In this document: in pieces, positions 49,499 to 61,973 of the stretch
Position numbering within the stretch: the first letter of the stretch is position 1
Layout: each line of letters opens with the position of its first letter
DNA from: Cirrosporium novae-zelandiae
Lineage: Eukaryota
Reading direction: 5' to 3'
Assembly (NCBI GenBank): GCA_026023565.1
Contig: JAPETS010000001.1
Location: 1,550,001-1,614,000, forward strand
DNA: 64,000 nt
Made by a program: the position numbers and the translations under genes
The notes under the pieces: model-generated
What the model saw: the letters and a program-made list of their open reading frames with translations, nothing else
Database searches by the model: none
Told to the model about the DNA's origin: nothing

Positions 49499-52400
49499 TG
49501 GGATGGTGATATTGGAAGGTCTGGAGTTGAGGTGAAGTGAGTTCAGGAAGGCTGTGACTTCCAAGGTGACCTTTAACTTGTGATAACAATTCTTGACCCT
49601 GGAAGCATGATTATCTCCACCGCTCTTGTCGTTATCAGGACCCGTTTGTCGTAGTATGAGTGAATGTGAGGGCGATCTCGGTAGAGAGCCGTGGCTGCAG
49701 TGGGTGGGATATATGAGCAAATGAGTGCGGGTGCCTGAGCTTTGAGCCTATTCTGAGCCTTGTTGACTGTGTGTTATTTGAACGTATGTTGGAGAATGGA
49801 ATTAATCTAGGCAGGTATGGTTATTGCAATGAAGGGGTTCCCCGAATAGTATTAGTGTTGAATCTATTCGAGTTTTCAAGTAGACTGAAGTAGACAAGAA
49901 GTGGAATGAAGGTACAATCTCAACCAGAAAGATGAGATTACGAGGGAAATCAGGAGAAGGAGAATGGAGCATTGAGAACTGAGGGGGAATGACGATAGAT
50001 TTCTAAAGGAAAGAAGAAAAGGAAAAGCTTGATGGAAGAATATGATCATCACAATCCTTGGTATGCGTATGTGTGTGTGTGTATTAGTTATTTCAGATTG
50101 CGGCGGAAAGGTCCTTCCTGACTACTCTTTTTCTCACCAGCAAAGAAAGTAACCAACGACCAGAGCCCAGAGACCGGAGACCACAGACAAGAGACCAGCA
50201 ACCTAGAGAGGGCGGCCAGGCAGGTGGTAGTAGGCAGTGTCAGTGTCAGTGTTCAGGTCAGGTATTGTTAAGTGTGTGTTAGGTCTGTTCGGTCCATGCA
50301 GTGGAAAAGGATGATTGATGATCGTGTGTCTTAGAAGCCCGATTGATGTCAGTCAGAGCACCGACTTTACAAGGACCTACAAAGGAGCTACAAGGACTGG
50401 GTAAGGTCTGAGGTAGCCTAAGCTCAACTCAGACTTACCAAACAACGAAAAGAAAACCCCCCCAGACGATTTTAGATTACCGCTATTAAACATTGGGTCC
50501 AAGAGACACGAAGAAATCAATACCCACCAATACCGCAGATACAGCCAGTACAGCCAATACAACTAATACCACCAACGATACAGCCAATACAGACGAGACA
50601 AGCAATGCAATGTCCAATGACACAGCCCAAAGTACCGAGAAGGAAGGATAAAATAAAATAAAATAAAATCAAAAACTACTACTCAGTCCCAGAAGACGCC
50701 ATGTGCCGCGGAATTTAAAAAAAAAAAGAAAAAGGGTACTTTCCGGTAGCCATCCCTCTTCCCCCCCCCCCCCCTAAATTGTCCATTTAACTAACTTGTA
50801 TGGGTCAAGCAAATTAATGCTTGAAGCCAGAGGCCAGAAGCCAGAAGCCAGAGGGTCAGTCTTACTGCGTACACTCTAAAACCATTACTTAGTGATAAAA
50901 CCAAAATTATTTTTGATTCGATTTGCTTTGGTTTTGCTATCAGGCACGGTAACAACGCCGGCGCCGGGTTAAGGCGTCGTCATTTGTTGTTGTTATATTT
51001 GTTATTGGAGCGACGGACAAGGGGGCAGAAGCCAAAGGAAAAGGGCAACGCCAAATACAGATACATACTTCTCTTGACCTTCCAAAGATATATTGGTAAA
51101 ATTAATAGATACCATATTTTAATCCTTCCTTCTTTGTAGTCTATGTCATTATACAATAATATGGGAAGTAAAAATAATGACTGATCCTCAAGTCCAGTCG
51201 GCCAAGCATTGGCATTGGCATTTGCCTCTCGCAATTTTAGGGACCATTGTCATATAGGCATCCATTATCCATTATCAAATCGATGGCGTATTGTTCAGCA
51301 TGTGGGGGCAAGCAGGGTGATTTTAACTTAACTCTGTTTTTCATGTGGTGGTAAAAGTAAGTGCAAGCACTTTGAAGCAGTCGAGAATAAGGTAGGTGAT
51401 ATCTAAGTGGTTAAGAAATTTGATTATTCAAAGTTGAAAGGATACTGAAAGCGAAATGGGGGGTGGGATGAAGGATGGGAAAAACGGGCGACTGACGACT
51501 TGACAAGTTTGAGAGTTTAGATGAAGGGCTTTTGTTACCTAGGTACCTTAGGTATAGTCAGAAAAGATCATTTCAAGTACCAGTAATGCCACTTACAGAG
51601 AAAGAAAATAAATGATGATGTCGGTCGCCATGGGTTATGGTACAAAGTGTGTCTCGTCCAGAGTACATAACTCAACTCACTCACTCACCCACACTTACAC
51701 ATACAAGTAGAAGCCTACATAATTAGGTCTAACAAGTCCAACAAGCCTAACAAGTCTGCTTGGTAAGTAGGCTTCTTAGGCTTGTTAGACCTGTTTAGAC
51801 TACGCATATCCCGGTTCGCCCAGGGCTCCTCACCTTCCATAATCGCCGCCCCAGCGGTAAGTGGTGGCCTATGGTTCTATAGAAGAATCATGGACATCGA
51901 TGGGATTTCGTGTAAAGCATTAATTAGCAAAAAAAGCCTGGCTGGATGTGAGAAAGTATCAATTCATCACTCAGCACTCAGCACCCAGCACCCAGCACTC
52001 TTATCCAGTGGTGGCAGTGGACCAGCAGAGGAGCAGGGTTTGGATATTTGGATGTCCATGTATCTATCCTATTGGTTGCCGAGCAAACTTTTACTCGTCT
52101 TCCAAACATGTTGCATCAGATTCTCTAATCTGTGGACCTTCTCAAACCAAACACATTTACAATTTATCTATCTGACCAGCCATCCTGATGCAGCGATAGC
52201 CGCACCGCGGTTGGCTGACGGAGAAACAATGCAAATGTGGAAGGCACCGAGAGTTGAGAGTCACAGGGCCGAAATCACCGGATACGCTGGATAGAAGAGA
52301 CTTCAGGAGTTTTTTTCTTTTTCTGCTCTTCTGTTTGGTTTTATGTTTTTTTGATATTATTGTTCAACATTATTTAGAATTTTTTCTTTTCTTGTCTTGC

Positions 52401-53100
52401 GTGGATGTTTTTCGTAGCCTGGCTACGATATGGTGATTCAAGACTAACTAGGTTTGGCCAACATGACGACGGGAAGCGACTTTCAGATTAATAACTTGTC
52501 AATGCCTTTTTAATGACTTTGACTCATTTAATAATAATAATAGTGCATGTATACATCTTCTATAGGAGTCTCGAACTACTAAGGTGGTAGTTGGACAAGG
52601 GATATGACCGAGGAAAGAATTGGAATAATTTACAATTACATGGCCACTCTGGGGCTATTGTAATTGTGTAAAATTACAGTGTTAGGAACATGGATGCAGA
52701 GAAGGATGATCCGAAACGGTCATTTGCTGCAGCACCCATGTTTCAATGATTGCTTGAGGTTTCCTGGGATTTACTACTACTGTTGTATTGCTACTTTCTT
52801 CCCCTTCTCCTTCTCCGACTCCCTTCTTCTTATTCACCTCCTAGGGCAGTTTAGTTCAGTTATCTGAGAGCAGCGCATTGCCGAACGGAACCTTAGAGTT
52901 TTGAAAGAGGGAAGCTAATAGGTTGGTTTGGAAAAAGTCTTACGGAAAGCGGAGAAGAGGAGAAAAGAAAAAGAAAAAGACAAAAAAGAGAATTATGACA
53001 TTATGAATTTTAACCTAAACTAATTAATTAGATATGAAAATCTCAAAAAGATTCCAAAAAGGTAGTTCATATTATTGACCTATCTCTGGATATTATTCCT

Positions 53101-53165
53101 CTGACCTCAGACCTCAGACCTCAGACCTCTGCTCTCAGACCTGACCTGACCTAACCTGACCCTAA
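53101..53165. repeat. Degenerate (CAGACCT)/(GACCT) tandem repeat
   Basis: ctgacctcagacctcagacctcagacctc...ctgacctgacctaacctgacc. Confidence 0.85.
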
Positions 53166-53715
53166 TTAGGGGGAACCAAATGGCCACCCAAAATAATCCA
53201 TAGGGCCAACCAAACAAAAGGCCCAACCCTTTGCAAAAAATCCTTATCCACAGCTTAGCTGGGTACACTTTTAGTTGTAATTATTATCCACATTTATCAT
53301 CAATTTCTTCATGTGTTGGCGTTTGACCTTCCAAGGCAAACAACCGGCTGTCTGCAAACCTGATCTGGACCAGAATTCAGAATTCAAGAAATGTCTATTT
53401 GGTTTTCTCTGGTTGGTTGGTTGACTTGGCTTTTCCGTCCTGCACATGTTGTACCCGAGGAGGGCGTCTGGCTCTCTAGGCAAGAATACTACGGTCGATG
53501 TGGGCAGGGGAACTATGTCCTATTCAAAATTGCAGTTAGGGAGGAAGTGTGGAACGGAATAACCCAAGGAAATCAAGGTGATTGGTGAGGGAATCCATCG
53601 ATCGCGTATTAATTGATGCAAGATTGGGGGACAGGATAGATTGAAGACGGATGGAAAAGCAGCGCCGAAGGAAGTTGCTGAAGACCCCGCTGAAGGCTGA
53701 AGCACCCGCCCAGCG

Positions 53716-53741
53716 CCCCCCCCCCCCCCCCCCCCCCCCCC
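53716..53741. repeat. Poly(C) tract, ~26 nt
   Basis: Directly visible. Confidence 0.9.
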
Positions 53742-56303
53742 ATTATCCCATAATCCCATGGGCGCATTATATATCCCACCCAACCTTCAGACCTTCCGGC
53801 ACCCGCGTTGGAGAAATGCATTATTATTTGCTTGTGGCGAAACTAATTAATTGGAATGGATAATTGAGCCCTAGTTTCATCATGGATTTAGCCTAGTAAA
53901 GTCAAGTAGCCCTTCAGTGGCCCTCCAGTGGCCCTCCAGTGGCTCCTGTAGCCCTCCTGTAGCCCTAGGAAGATGCGTGGACAACAGAACCACTCGTTAC
54001 CACCCTTTACCACTCTTTACCACTTCATTACCACACTAACTCCTTTTGTCTTAGTTGATGCCCAGCACCAGCATTGCCCTCTAACTTATCTCTGTTTTTC
54101 TTTCCATTCTCTACTAAACTTCAAGCAACTTATTCAGGTTACCAGGTTACCTAGTTACCTCAACAGTTTTTTTTTTCCCTTTCATTTTCCAGATGTGGTG
54201 ACCTACGAACAAGGCTGAAAGTGTATCCTTCAAGTTTCCACGGACCTCTCGGGTGTGACACTGTACGAGACAATAAATATCGCTGACCTACGAAAGTAGT
54301 CTCAAACGTCATGTATATTTCCACAAAAAAATAAAACGGTAATCATCTTTAAACCAACTATTATCTCCACACTCAGTCATGGTTATTATTCCAAGGCATC
54401 CAAGACTATATTTGACCTTGGCTGAGAAATATTCTAATTAGTCTAATAAACTCCCCCCAATTCAATTTACTCCTGGATTAATGTACTTTCTCTCATCCTT
54501 TCCGACCGTGCCGCTCGCCATGACCGGAATAAGTCGATAATTAGGGATAGGATCATTAACGAGATGCTCGCCTGCTAACTTATCTTCTCCGTGGCTCGTG
54601 TACCGCGCGCTCTCTCACAAAGCAGATGTAGCGAACTTTGCCTCGGATATCATTATACTTTTGGACGTTGATCCAGTCAGCGGCTCCTGTTGGTTTCTTT
54701 TACAGCAAATAATGCATGTCATCCACCTCATATGATGGTTTATCGTGCACACCTCGTACTGTGTATGCAGATCCAGCATGTCTCCCATGATTGGGTTCTC
54801 TAGTAGGATGGAAACTCTCTCTTACACCAGTGATAATTTCAAGGCGCTAGAAGGAGCTGAGCAGAGCCCCTTCTGAATTATTCCTGCAAACAGCGAGGTG
54901 TCATATCGGTCGCAATGATAACTCCAGATCTGTATCCGTCTGCAACCCGATCTTCCTGTCAGGTCAGGTCAGCTCTATGAGCCTGGAGTCCCTCAGCCCC
55001 TTCGAATTTCGGAGACTTGTGTGATGTGTCTGTAGCCTTGCATTCCGTGTCCCATATTCACCATTCACAAGCCGCCTAACTATTGCTTTCATCAGGTGTT
55101 ATGGCTACCTAGCAACATTTCATCACTACAACATCATCTGGTTTTGCAAATGGTATTTTAGCGGATATTCTACCAACGTAAATATCGAAATCCACCGGTA
55201 ATGAGTATATCCATCCGATAGGCTATGAGTCACTAGGAGAGGATGAGAAATAGGCGCCTCGACGTTGCCTCAACAATCATGTCGATATGCTAGATAGTAA
55301 TCAGTCTCGGATAGTTATGCGATGGATAAGCACCACTCGAAATAAAGTAATCCAAAGGTCGACCAGGGCGCCATGTACAAATGGCTAGCCCTATCATTAC
55401 TGGCCGCTCTATTCTTCTACGAATAATGCTTCATGTTTGCGATGCGGGATATCAGTTATTATGGCCTGGTTTGCTGGAGATGGAAATATGCAGCCTCCCT
55501 TCCGACAAAGGACGAACGCCACAACCTCAGCCAAGGGCGAACACCATGGTTGGATAGCCGGATTTGCTCCCATGCTCTCTTGATACCGAGGCCACCGCGC
55601 AAATGATAATTTGGGAGAAGTCCCTCAAAAAAAACTCAAGGAACGGAAGTATTGGCTCGATGATCACGAAAGAAGGATGCGAATGCCAGGAGCGAAGCAT
55701 GGGAGATGCAGAAATAATAACGGCACCATTGTGCTGCCAACATCAAAGTGGAACTCAATTACAATGTAGAAGTGAACCGAATGGGGGAGGGAAAGGACTA
55801 GGCATCTTTACACCATGTCTTCACAAGCCATCCTTAAACATGTTGGTTGGAAAAATGGAAAAACTTGAATATCAGATGGTGCAGAAGTTGATGGAGATAG
55901 GATAGTGGATAGTGGGCACACAAGGATAGGGGCACGGAAGCTATTTCAGACAGTTAACAAAAATCGGCAGGTATGGTCAGGACTCAGGAAGTAGTTTAGG
56001 GAGTTTGATGGAAAGTGGCAATTATTCACTAAGAGTAGAGGGTAGTTTTAGTAAAGCATTCGTATTGGAAGATTAGATATATGTGGCTGATAAAAAAAAG
56101 AGGAGTGTGAGGAGGTTGTCCCAAGGACCAAAGAAGGAGGTCGGACTCGACGACCCATGTAAGAGGGTGGGAGTATTTTTTTGGGGGGGGTAAAGTTGGA
56201 GTGGCATCGCTTCGGTCGTTTTGGAGTTTTGGGATGAAAACTTGTGGGTGGGAACTTTTGAAGCTAAACCGTCTGTGGTGTGACCTCACCAGGAGCGAGC
56301 GAA

Positions 56304-56329
56304 GAGAGAGGAGAGAGAGAGAGAGAGAG
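56304..56329. repeat. Imperfect (GA)n microsatellite
   Basis: Directly visible. Confidence 0.9.
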
Positions 56330-56817
56330 AAAAGGGATCAGTTGTTTGGGGCTTTTTGGGGGCTTTTGGTCTTGGGCCTTTTGGGCATTGAACTTTTGGG
56401 CTTTGGGCTTTGTCGGCTTGTCGGCTTACCCAAAAAAGGGCCCACCATCCAAGAAGGAAAATCCTCATTATCTCAACTAACTACTACTACTATCTAGGTA
56501 ATTAATCAAATCACCCCAAAATCCCTTCCTCGTGTTCTTTTTATTTTTACTTTTACTTTTATTTCTTGAGGATCCCGTCTCCTTAGCCCTGTATACTTAT
56601 CGGCATCTTTTTTTTATGTACAAGAATATGTTTAATTTTTTTTGGTTTTATTTTTTCCCTCTTCATCATCTTTTACTGCTCAGAAGAGACGTGTTCTCTG
56701 TGTGGGTCGGTCATTCATCATCTTTTGGAAAAAAAATCCTTGATTGAATGATGATCCGCTTCCAGACCAACCGAAACATGCATCCTACTGACTAGAGAGA
56801 GAGACTTTGCAAAGGTG

Positions 56818-57885
56818 ATGGTCCGTAGAATGAATGGTAAGTCACGTCAGCTGGTTCATCGACGCTTTCTTTTTTTAATAATAATATTATTATTTTCGTT
56901 GGGATGGGTTTGACCGACGAGCGAGAGGTATATTCCTAGGGGCCCATGATGATGGGTGTGAGACAGGCTGAGGACAAATTAATGGATCCTGATTGAGAGA
57001 AGAACCTTTTTACAAACCAACCCCCAGTTCAACCGTGGACTGTCTGTGGTTTGTTTCGGAAAATGGGAGCGACTATCAGCGGCTCAGAGTTCTCTTGAAT
57101 GTGAACCGAGTAATAGGCCCTGTTGAGGTAGGAAAAGTGCAGCAAATAAGACAATCAATATCATCTAGAACTGTCCAATCTTGCCTCGTTGCTGTTTTGT
57201 TGTACAGAAATAAATCATTGAATGCCGTGTATGGCTTCACAAACCCCCAGACTATCCATCATCCATCGAGGCTTGGGTAAGCTGCAGGCTTCCTTGACTG
57301 TCACTAACGAATAACCACCCCATCACATTGATAAATCCCATCTTTTGTTGGTATTTTACCATATCCAATTAATTTTGACCTTTTTTTCTCTCTCTTTCGG
57401 CTGAATTATGTATGCATTGAATATTCAAATCAATTTTCAGGATCAGCGTTGCCGTCCCCCGATCATGATTTTTTTTCTACCAGATATAATTGACTGTGAG
57501 ACATGAGAAATCCTTCTAGCGCCTGCCCGTTCACCCCTACTTAGCCGTCAGCATCCTTGTCAAATCGGATTTACCATTATTATCATTATTATTACTATTA
57601 TTATGGCCTTTGCCGATTATATGCAAGGCTGAAAGACTTCTACATTCTGGTCACTCCTTTTGCCCTGAGATCCGAGACTACCAGCCACCAACCAACGGGG
57701 GTGACATAGATTGGTGCTCGGTTTGGATTGAATCTAAAGTTGAAATTGTTTCCCTTGCCTACAGTCTTGAAGAATTTGTAGGCTCTTTCCGAACCAACAT
57801 ATACGAGACTCCTACTGAGGCTGCGGAACGAAACATGCAAGCGACACTCTACAAATTGGCTGCCCGCACCGGATTGCTGAAGTAG
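56818..57885 (+). CDS. Candidate small spliced orphan gene (~135 aa), function unknown
   Basis: Exons 56818-56836, 57003-57127 and 57628-57885 join in frame using donors GTAAGT and GTAGGA with AAG acceptors. The last exon reads as a globular protein. The model is tentative. Confidence 0.3.
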
Positions 57886-59925
57886 CAACACCTTCCAACA
57901 CCTTTTAAAGAAGCGGTCTAAACAATGTCTCCGAGACCTCTACTTGGAGAATCAGATTCCAATGAGCAGTAAATAGCAATCTATGACTATTTTTTAGACA
58001 TCGACAATCGACAACTTCATTTAATATCTTAATTATGATATGATTCAAAGTTACACATTAACTTTAGGACTACTAAATGATTTACCAGCTTCATCACGAA
58101 TTTGATCGAGCGTGTGTCTATGTGTCTATCAACGTGTTCTCGTGTTTTTCGATTGTTTGGAAACGTATCACAGAAGGCCAAGCAAGGAGTTTTTGACCGT
58201 TACTCTCACTCTCATATGCTAGTTGGACCATCTTTTCCTTTTAGCTTACCGACACCAACCTTGAAAATGAACACATTTCGAATTATTTTGATCGTACGAC
58301 TACGGAATAGTGACGGTGAAAGGTAGCTGCCGTTAATTGCCAAGTACATGTCAAGCTGGTATGCCTAGCTTATAGGGACTATAGAAATGATTTGGTCATT
58401 GGGCCGATTTAGTGGTTAGGCTTCTTGGAAACGCACTCCCACATGTTGGACAGATGTTGGACAGACGCTCAAGCACGGGTTTCAAGCGCAGTTCACCTTT
58501 TTCTCTTTTCGGTACATATGACGCCCTCTGAACAAGACGAAGTTCCCAACGAAGTACGATCGGTCAATTACGCTGCCTACCAATCAACCAACAGGAGGAG
58601 CCGATATTTTGACAGCCTTGCAGAAATTTTCTATATTGAATTCCTTTCGATGCATACTTGTTGAACTATGACGATAAACGCCCTTAAAATACTTCATGGC
58701 AGCTAAGCTTTTTGGATCTCCTTTATCCAATAACCACCCCATTCTGCATAGAATAGGGCTATTATAGGTTGCACTTGAAGGAATATTTCACCAAAGGACT
58801 TTCAACGAATAACCTTGAGCTGGTCTACAGACTGCTAGGTCAGTTACTCCCCTGAGTGAACCATGCTAGCGAGTGAGGCATTTAAGCAGTTGAAGAAGTA
58901 GTAACATATTTCCGATTTCTATTTCACTCTTTTTGTCCTAAGCCTCACTTATATTCTAGCTGTCATTGTATAAAAGACTTGTGGGTGCTTTACTACCTCT
59001 GTATGGACATTGGTAAATATATATCCTAGGGTAGTCTTCTGTTGGCAGAGGGTATACTTCGTTGATTCTGGTACCACCAATGCGCCTGTCTTCTCGAGAT
59101 TGCCATCAAGCATATCCCATAATAAGGAGTCGATCATAGGCTAAATTTATTGTCCAAACAGCAAGGATCCTAATATCGTTCATATATTCTTGAGCATTGT
59201 CCTTCAATATATATTATGTTCCAAAGCCATACAGTAATTGCCACCCCCTTTTGACTCGGCGGAGCACATATATCCAATCTCTATTATCTATCTCAAACTT
59301 GCTTGATCGTGTGCGTGTCGTGGGGTAGGAGCCTTGTTTCATTCATTAATTGCTCGAGTTGGTGGCTAGAAAAGGGGTTTGATTGCAATTGCCTCTTTTA
59401 TTTGCTCTTGTCCAAGGAGGTGAGCTATTTCTTTCCAAAATACCATGTCGAGTATCGATAGAACATGAGGGGTTTCGTCGGGGATTACCAACTTAATCAG
59501 TCCACTGTCCGAGCGGAATAAAAGCGCGATGTGGTCATTAGCGACTTATTACACGACAAAAGATCGTGATTGATGCGTAATTATGAGCTGGAGAAGAATT
59601 TGTTGGTGGGGGAACCAATTGAGTGGGGACCTTGGGATAGATGAAGAGCGAATAAGGCGAATATCAAAGTAGTTATTTCCAGAATTGCCAGGATCATTAG
59701 GCAAAAATTTCACCAAAAAGCTGGAGATGCATGCCTAGAAGGTTAGTAAACCCTTAGAAATTCTGCTCTGTTGATATTATTGTTTATGATGGACATTGGT
59801 GATTTGAGGGATCTTCGATGTCGGAAAAGGTAAACCGACCTTGATCAGGTCAGCAACCCCGCCATAGGAAAATGAATCATGAATTTCATAGGATCCTAGC
59901 GGCATCACGTGGACAGACACGCCAT

Positions 59926-59931
59926 ACGCGT
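59926..59931. promoter_or_regulatory. MCB element ACGCGT in the RNR2 promoter
   Basis: Perfect MluI box about 200 bp upstream of the ATG, with a second ACGCG core near 59952. Confidence 0.6.
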
Positions 59932-60128
59932 CGGTCTTTACCGTTCCTCGAACGCGCTATATGAGATCAAGGAAACCCTGATGAATGTCAACTTGCATTC
60001 TCTTCACCAACGCCATCTTCATCATTATTAGGCAGAATATCCCAAAGCCGTGTAGACCTCTACTCCAATTGCACCTTACTACAATTAAAAAACTGCCAAA
60101 GTTTCTGAAAAGGATTCAATCGATAACA

Positions 60129-61533
60129 ATGTCCAGCACAGACAAGGTGTGTTTTCCCCACTTCCGATTTCATCCACCCCTCTTCTTTTTCTAAAGGGAA
60201 AAAAAAAATTACAATTACCTTTGGGTTGATGATAATTCACAAGCAAATCCTATTCCCCATATTGAATCCCTTCTGCTTGCTGCCAGATCTTGAACAATGC
60301 TAATAATACCGATTTTTTCTAGACTACAGCTCAACTTGAGCAAATGAAGGTGAGTGATGACTCGCAGATAAAGTTCGAGTCAGGTGAAGGAACTCGAATC
60401 CAGTTGCAACCCGAAGAAATGGAGGAGGAAATTCTCAAAGAGAATCCCCATCGTTTTGTTATGTTCCCAATTCACTACAATGAGGTCAGTTCCTTATCGA
60501 TATTACCCCTCACCTTGTTTACGCGTTGCGCGTATAGTGGTTTCGCGTCACTAGACTAACTAGACTTAGATCTGGCAAATGTACAAAAAGCACGAGGCTT
60601 CCTTCTGGACATCAGAGGAAATTGATCTTTCCAAGGATCTTCGTGACTGGAACGAACGAATGAACAAAGATGAACGCTTCTTCATATCCCGTGTTCTTGC
60701 TTTCTTCGCTGCCTCGGATGGTATTGTCAACGAGAACCTAGTTCAGCGATTCTGCACCGAGGTTCAAATCCCAGAGGCACGATCCTTCTACGGCTTTCAG
60801 ATTATGATGGAGAACATTCATTCTGAAACATACTCCCTATTGATTGATACATATATTTCTGACCCCAAAGAGAAAACATTCCTTTTCGACGCTATCGATA
60901 CCAGTAAGCTTTGGGAACATGTTGGCCTCACAGACTGCCACTAATTCATCCATAGTTCCTTGCATTCGGAAGAAAGCTGAATGGGCCATTAAATGGATCC
61001 AAGACAAGGATGCTCTTTTCGCGCAACGTCTAGTTGCTTTCGCCACCATCGAGGGCGTTTTCTTCAGTGGGTCTTTTGCTTCTATTTTCTGGCTGAAGAA
61101 ACGTGGTCTTATGCCTGGTCTTACCTTCTCGAACGAGCTCATCTCTCGTGACGAAGGCCTTCACACAGACTTTGGGTGCCTTCTTTACCATCACCTTAAG
61201 AACAAACTTTCTGAAAAGTTTATTGCGGACATTGTCGCAGAGGCTGTTGTGATTGAAAAGGAGTACCTCACCGAAGCTCTACCCGTTTCATTGATTGGTA
61301 TGAATGCTAAGCTGATGCAACAATACATTGAATTTGTTGCCGACAGGCTTCTCCTGTCACTGGGCAACCCTAAACTCTACAATGCATCAAACCCATTCGA
61401 TTTCATGGAAGTTATTTCTCTTTCAGGAAAGACCAACTTCTTTGAGAAGCGTGTGGGTGACTACCAGAAATCTGGTGTCATGGCTGTTTCGACTGACGAG
61501 GAGACGGGCATTTCGTTTAACGAGGATTTTTAA
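60129..61533 (+). CDS. RNR2: Ribonucleotide reductase small (R2) subunit, 4 exons
   Basis: [33 protein letters not shown] (Fe ligands and radical Tyr); [32 protein letters not shown]-terminal FNEDF. Introns ~60147-60322, ~60485-60569 and ~60905-60955. Confidence 0.97.
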
Positions 61534-61973
61534 AAAATACGATGGGCTGATGTGGAGTATTCTCACGAGTATCTTGTGAAGATATTGATGCAGCGATGGA
61601 TATATTCAGTTTCACTCCTGTTTTTCATCACTGATACGTAATTGGTGTTGGGTACGGACATCAATATGGCGTTGGAAATGGAGGGCTTAGAAATGATATC
61701 TCCACAGGTATAGATATAAATATCAATAATCATGAGCATGGGTATCAACCATCGTACAAGATCACTCGCTCATTTTGCCCCAAGTCCTTCCCAGTCTATC
61801 AGACGCAAAGTCGGGGCTGAGCAAAGATAGATTTTCCTTTCATACGCATTTTTCCTGCAGGGCTCCTGGATCAACCAGCGCTAGAGTAAAGTTTCCCTGT
61901 ACATCCCCACGGGACTCGAACTCATTTCATTCGCAGCGTAATTTCGTATCATTAGTCTTCTTCGCCAAATAAA

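Noticed and set aside
50377..56747. Many 60-170 aa ORFs in the region upstream of the cyclin
   Set aside because: Low-complexity translations of repeats and homopolymers, often with non-ATG starts and no recognisable domains.
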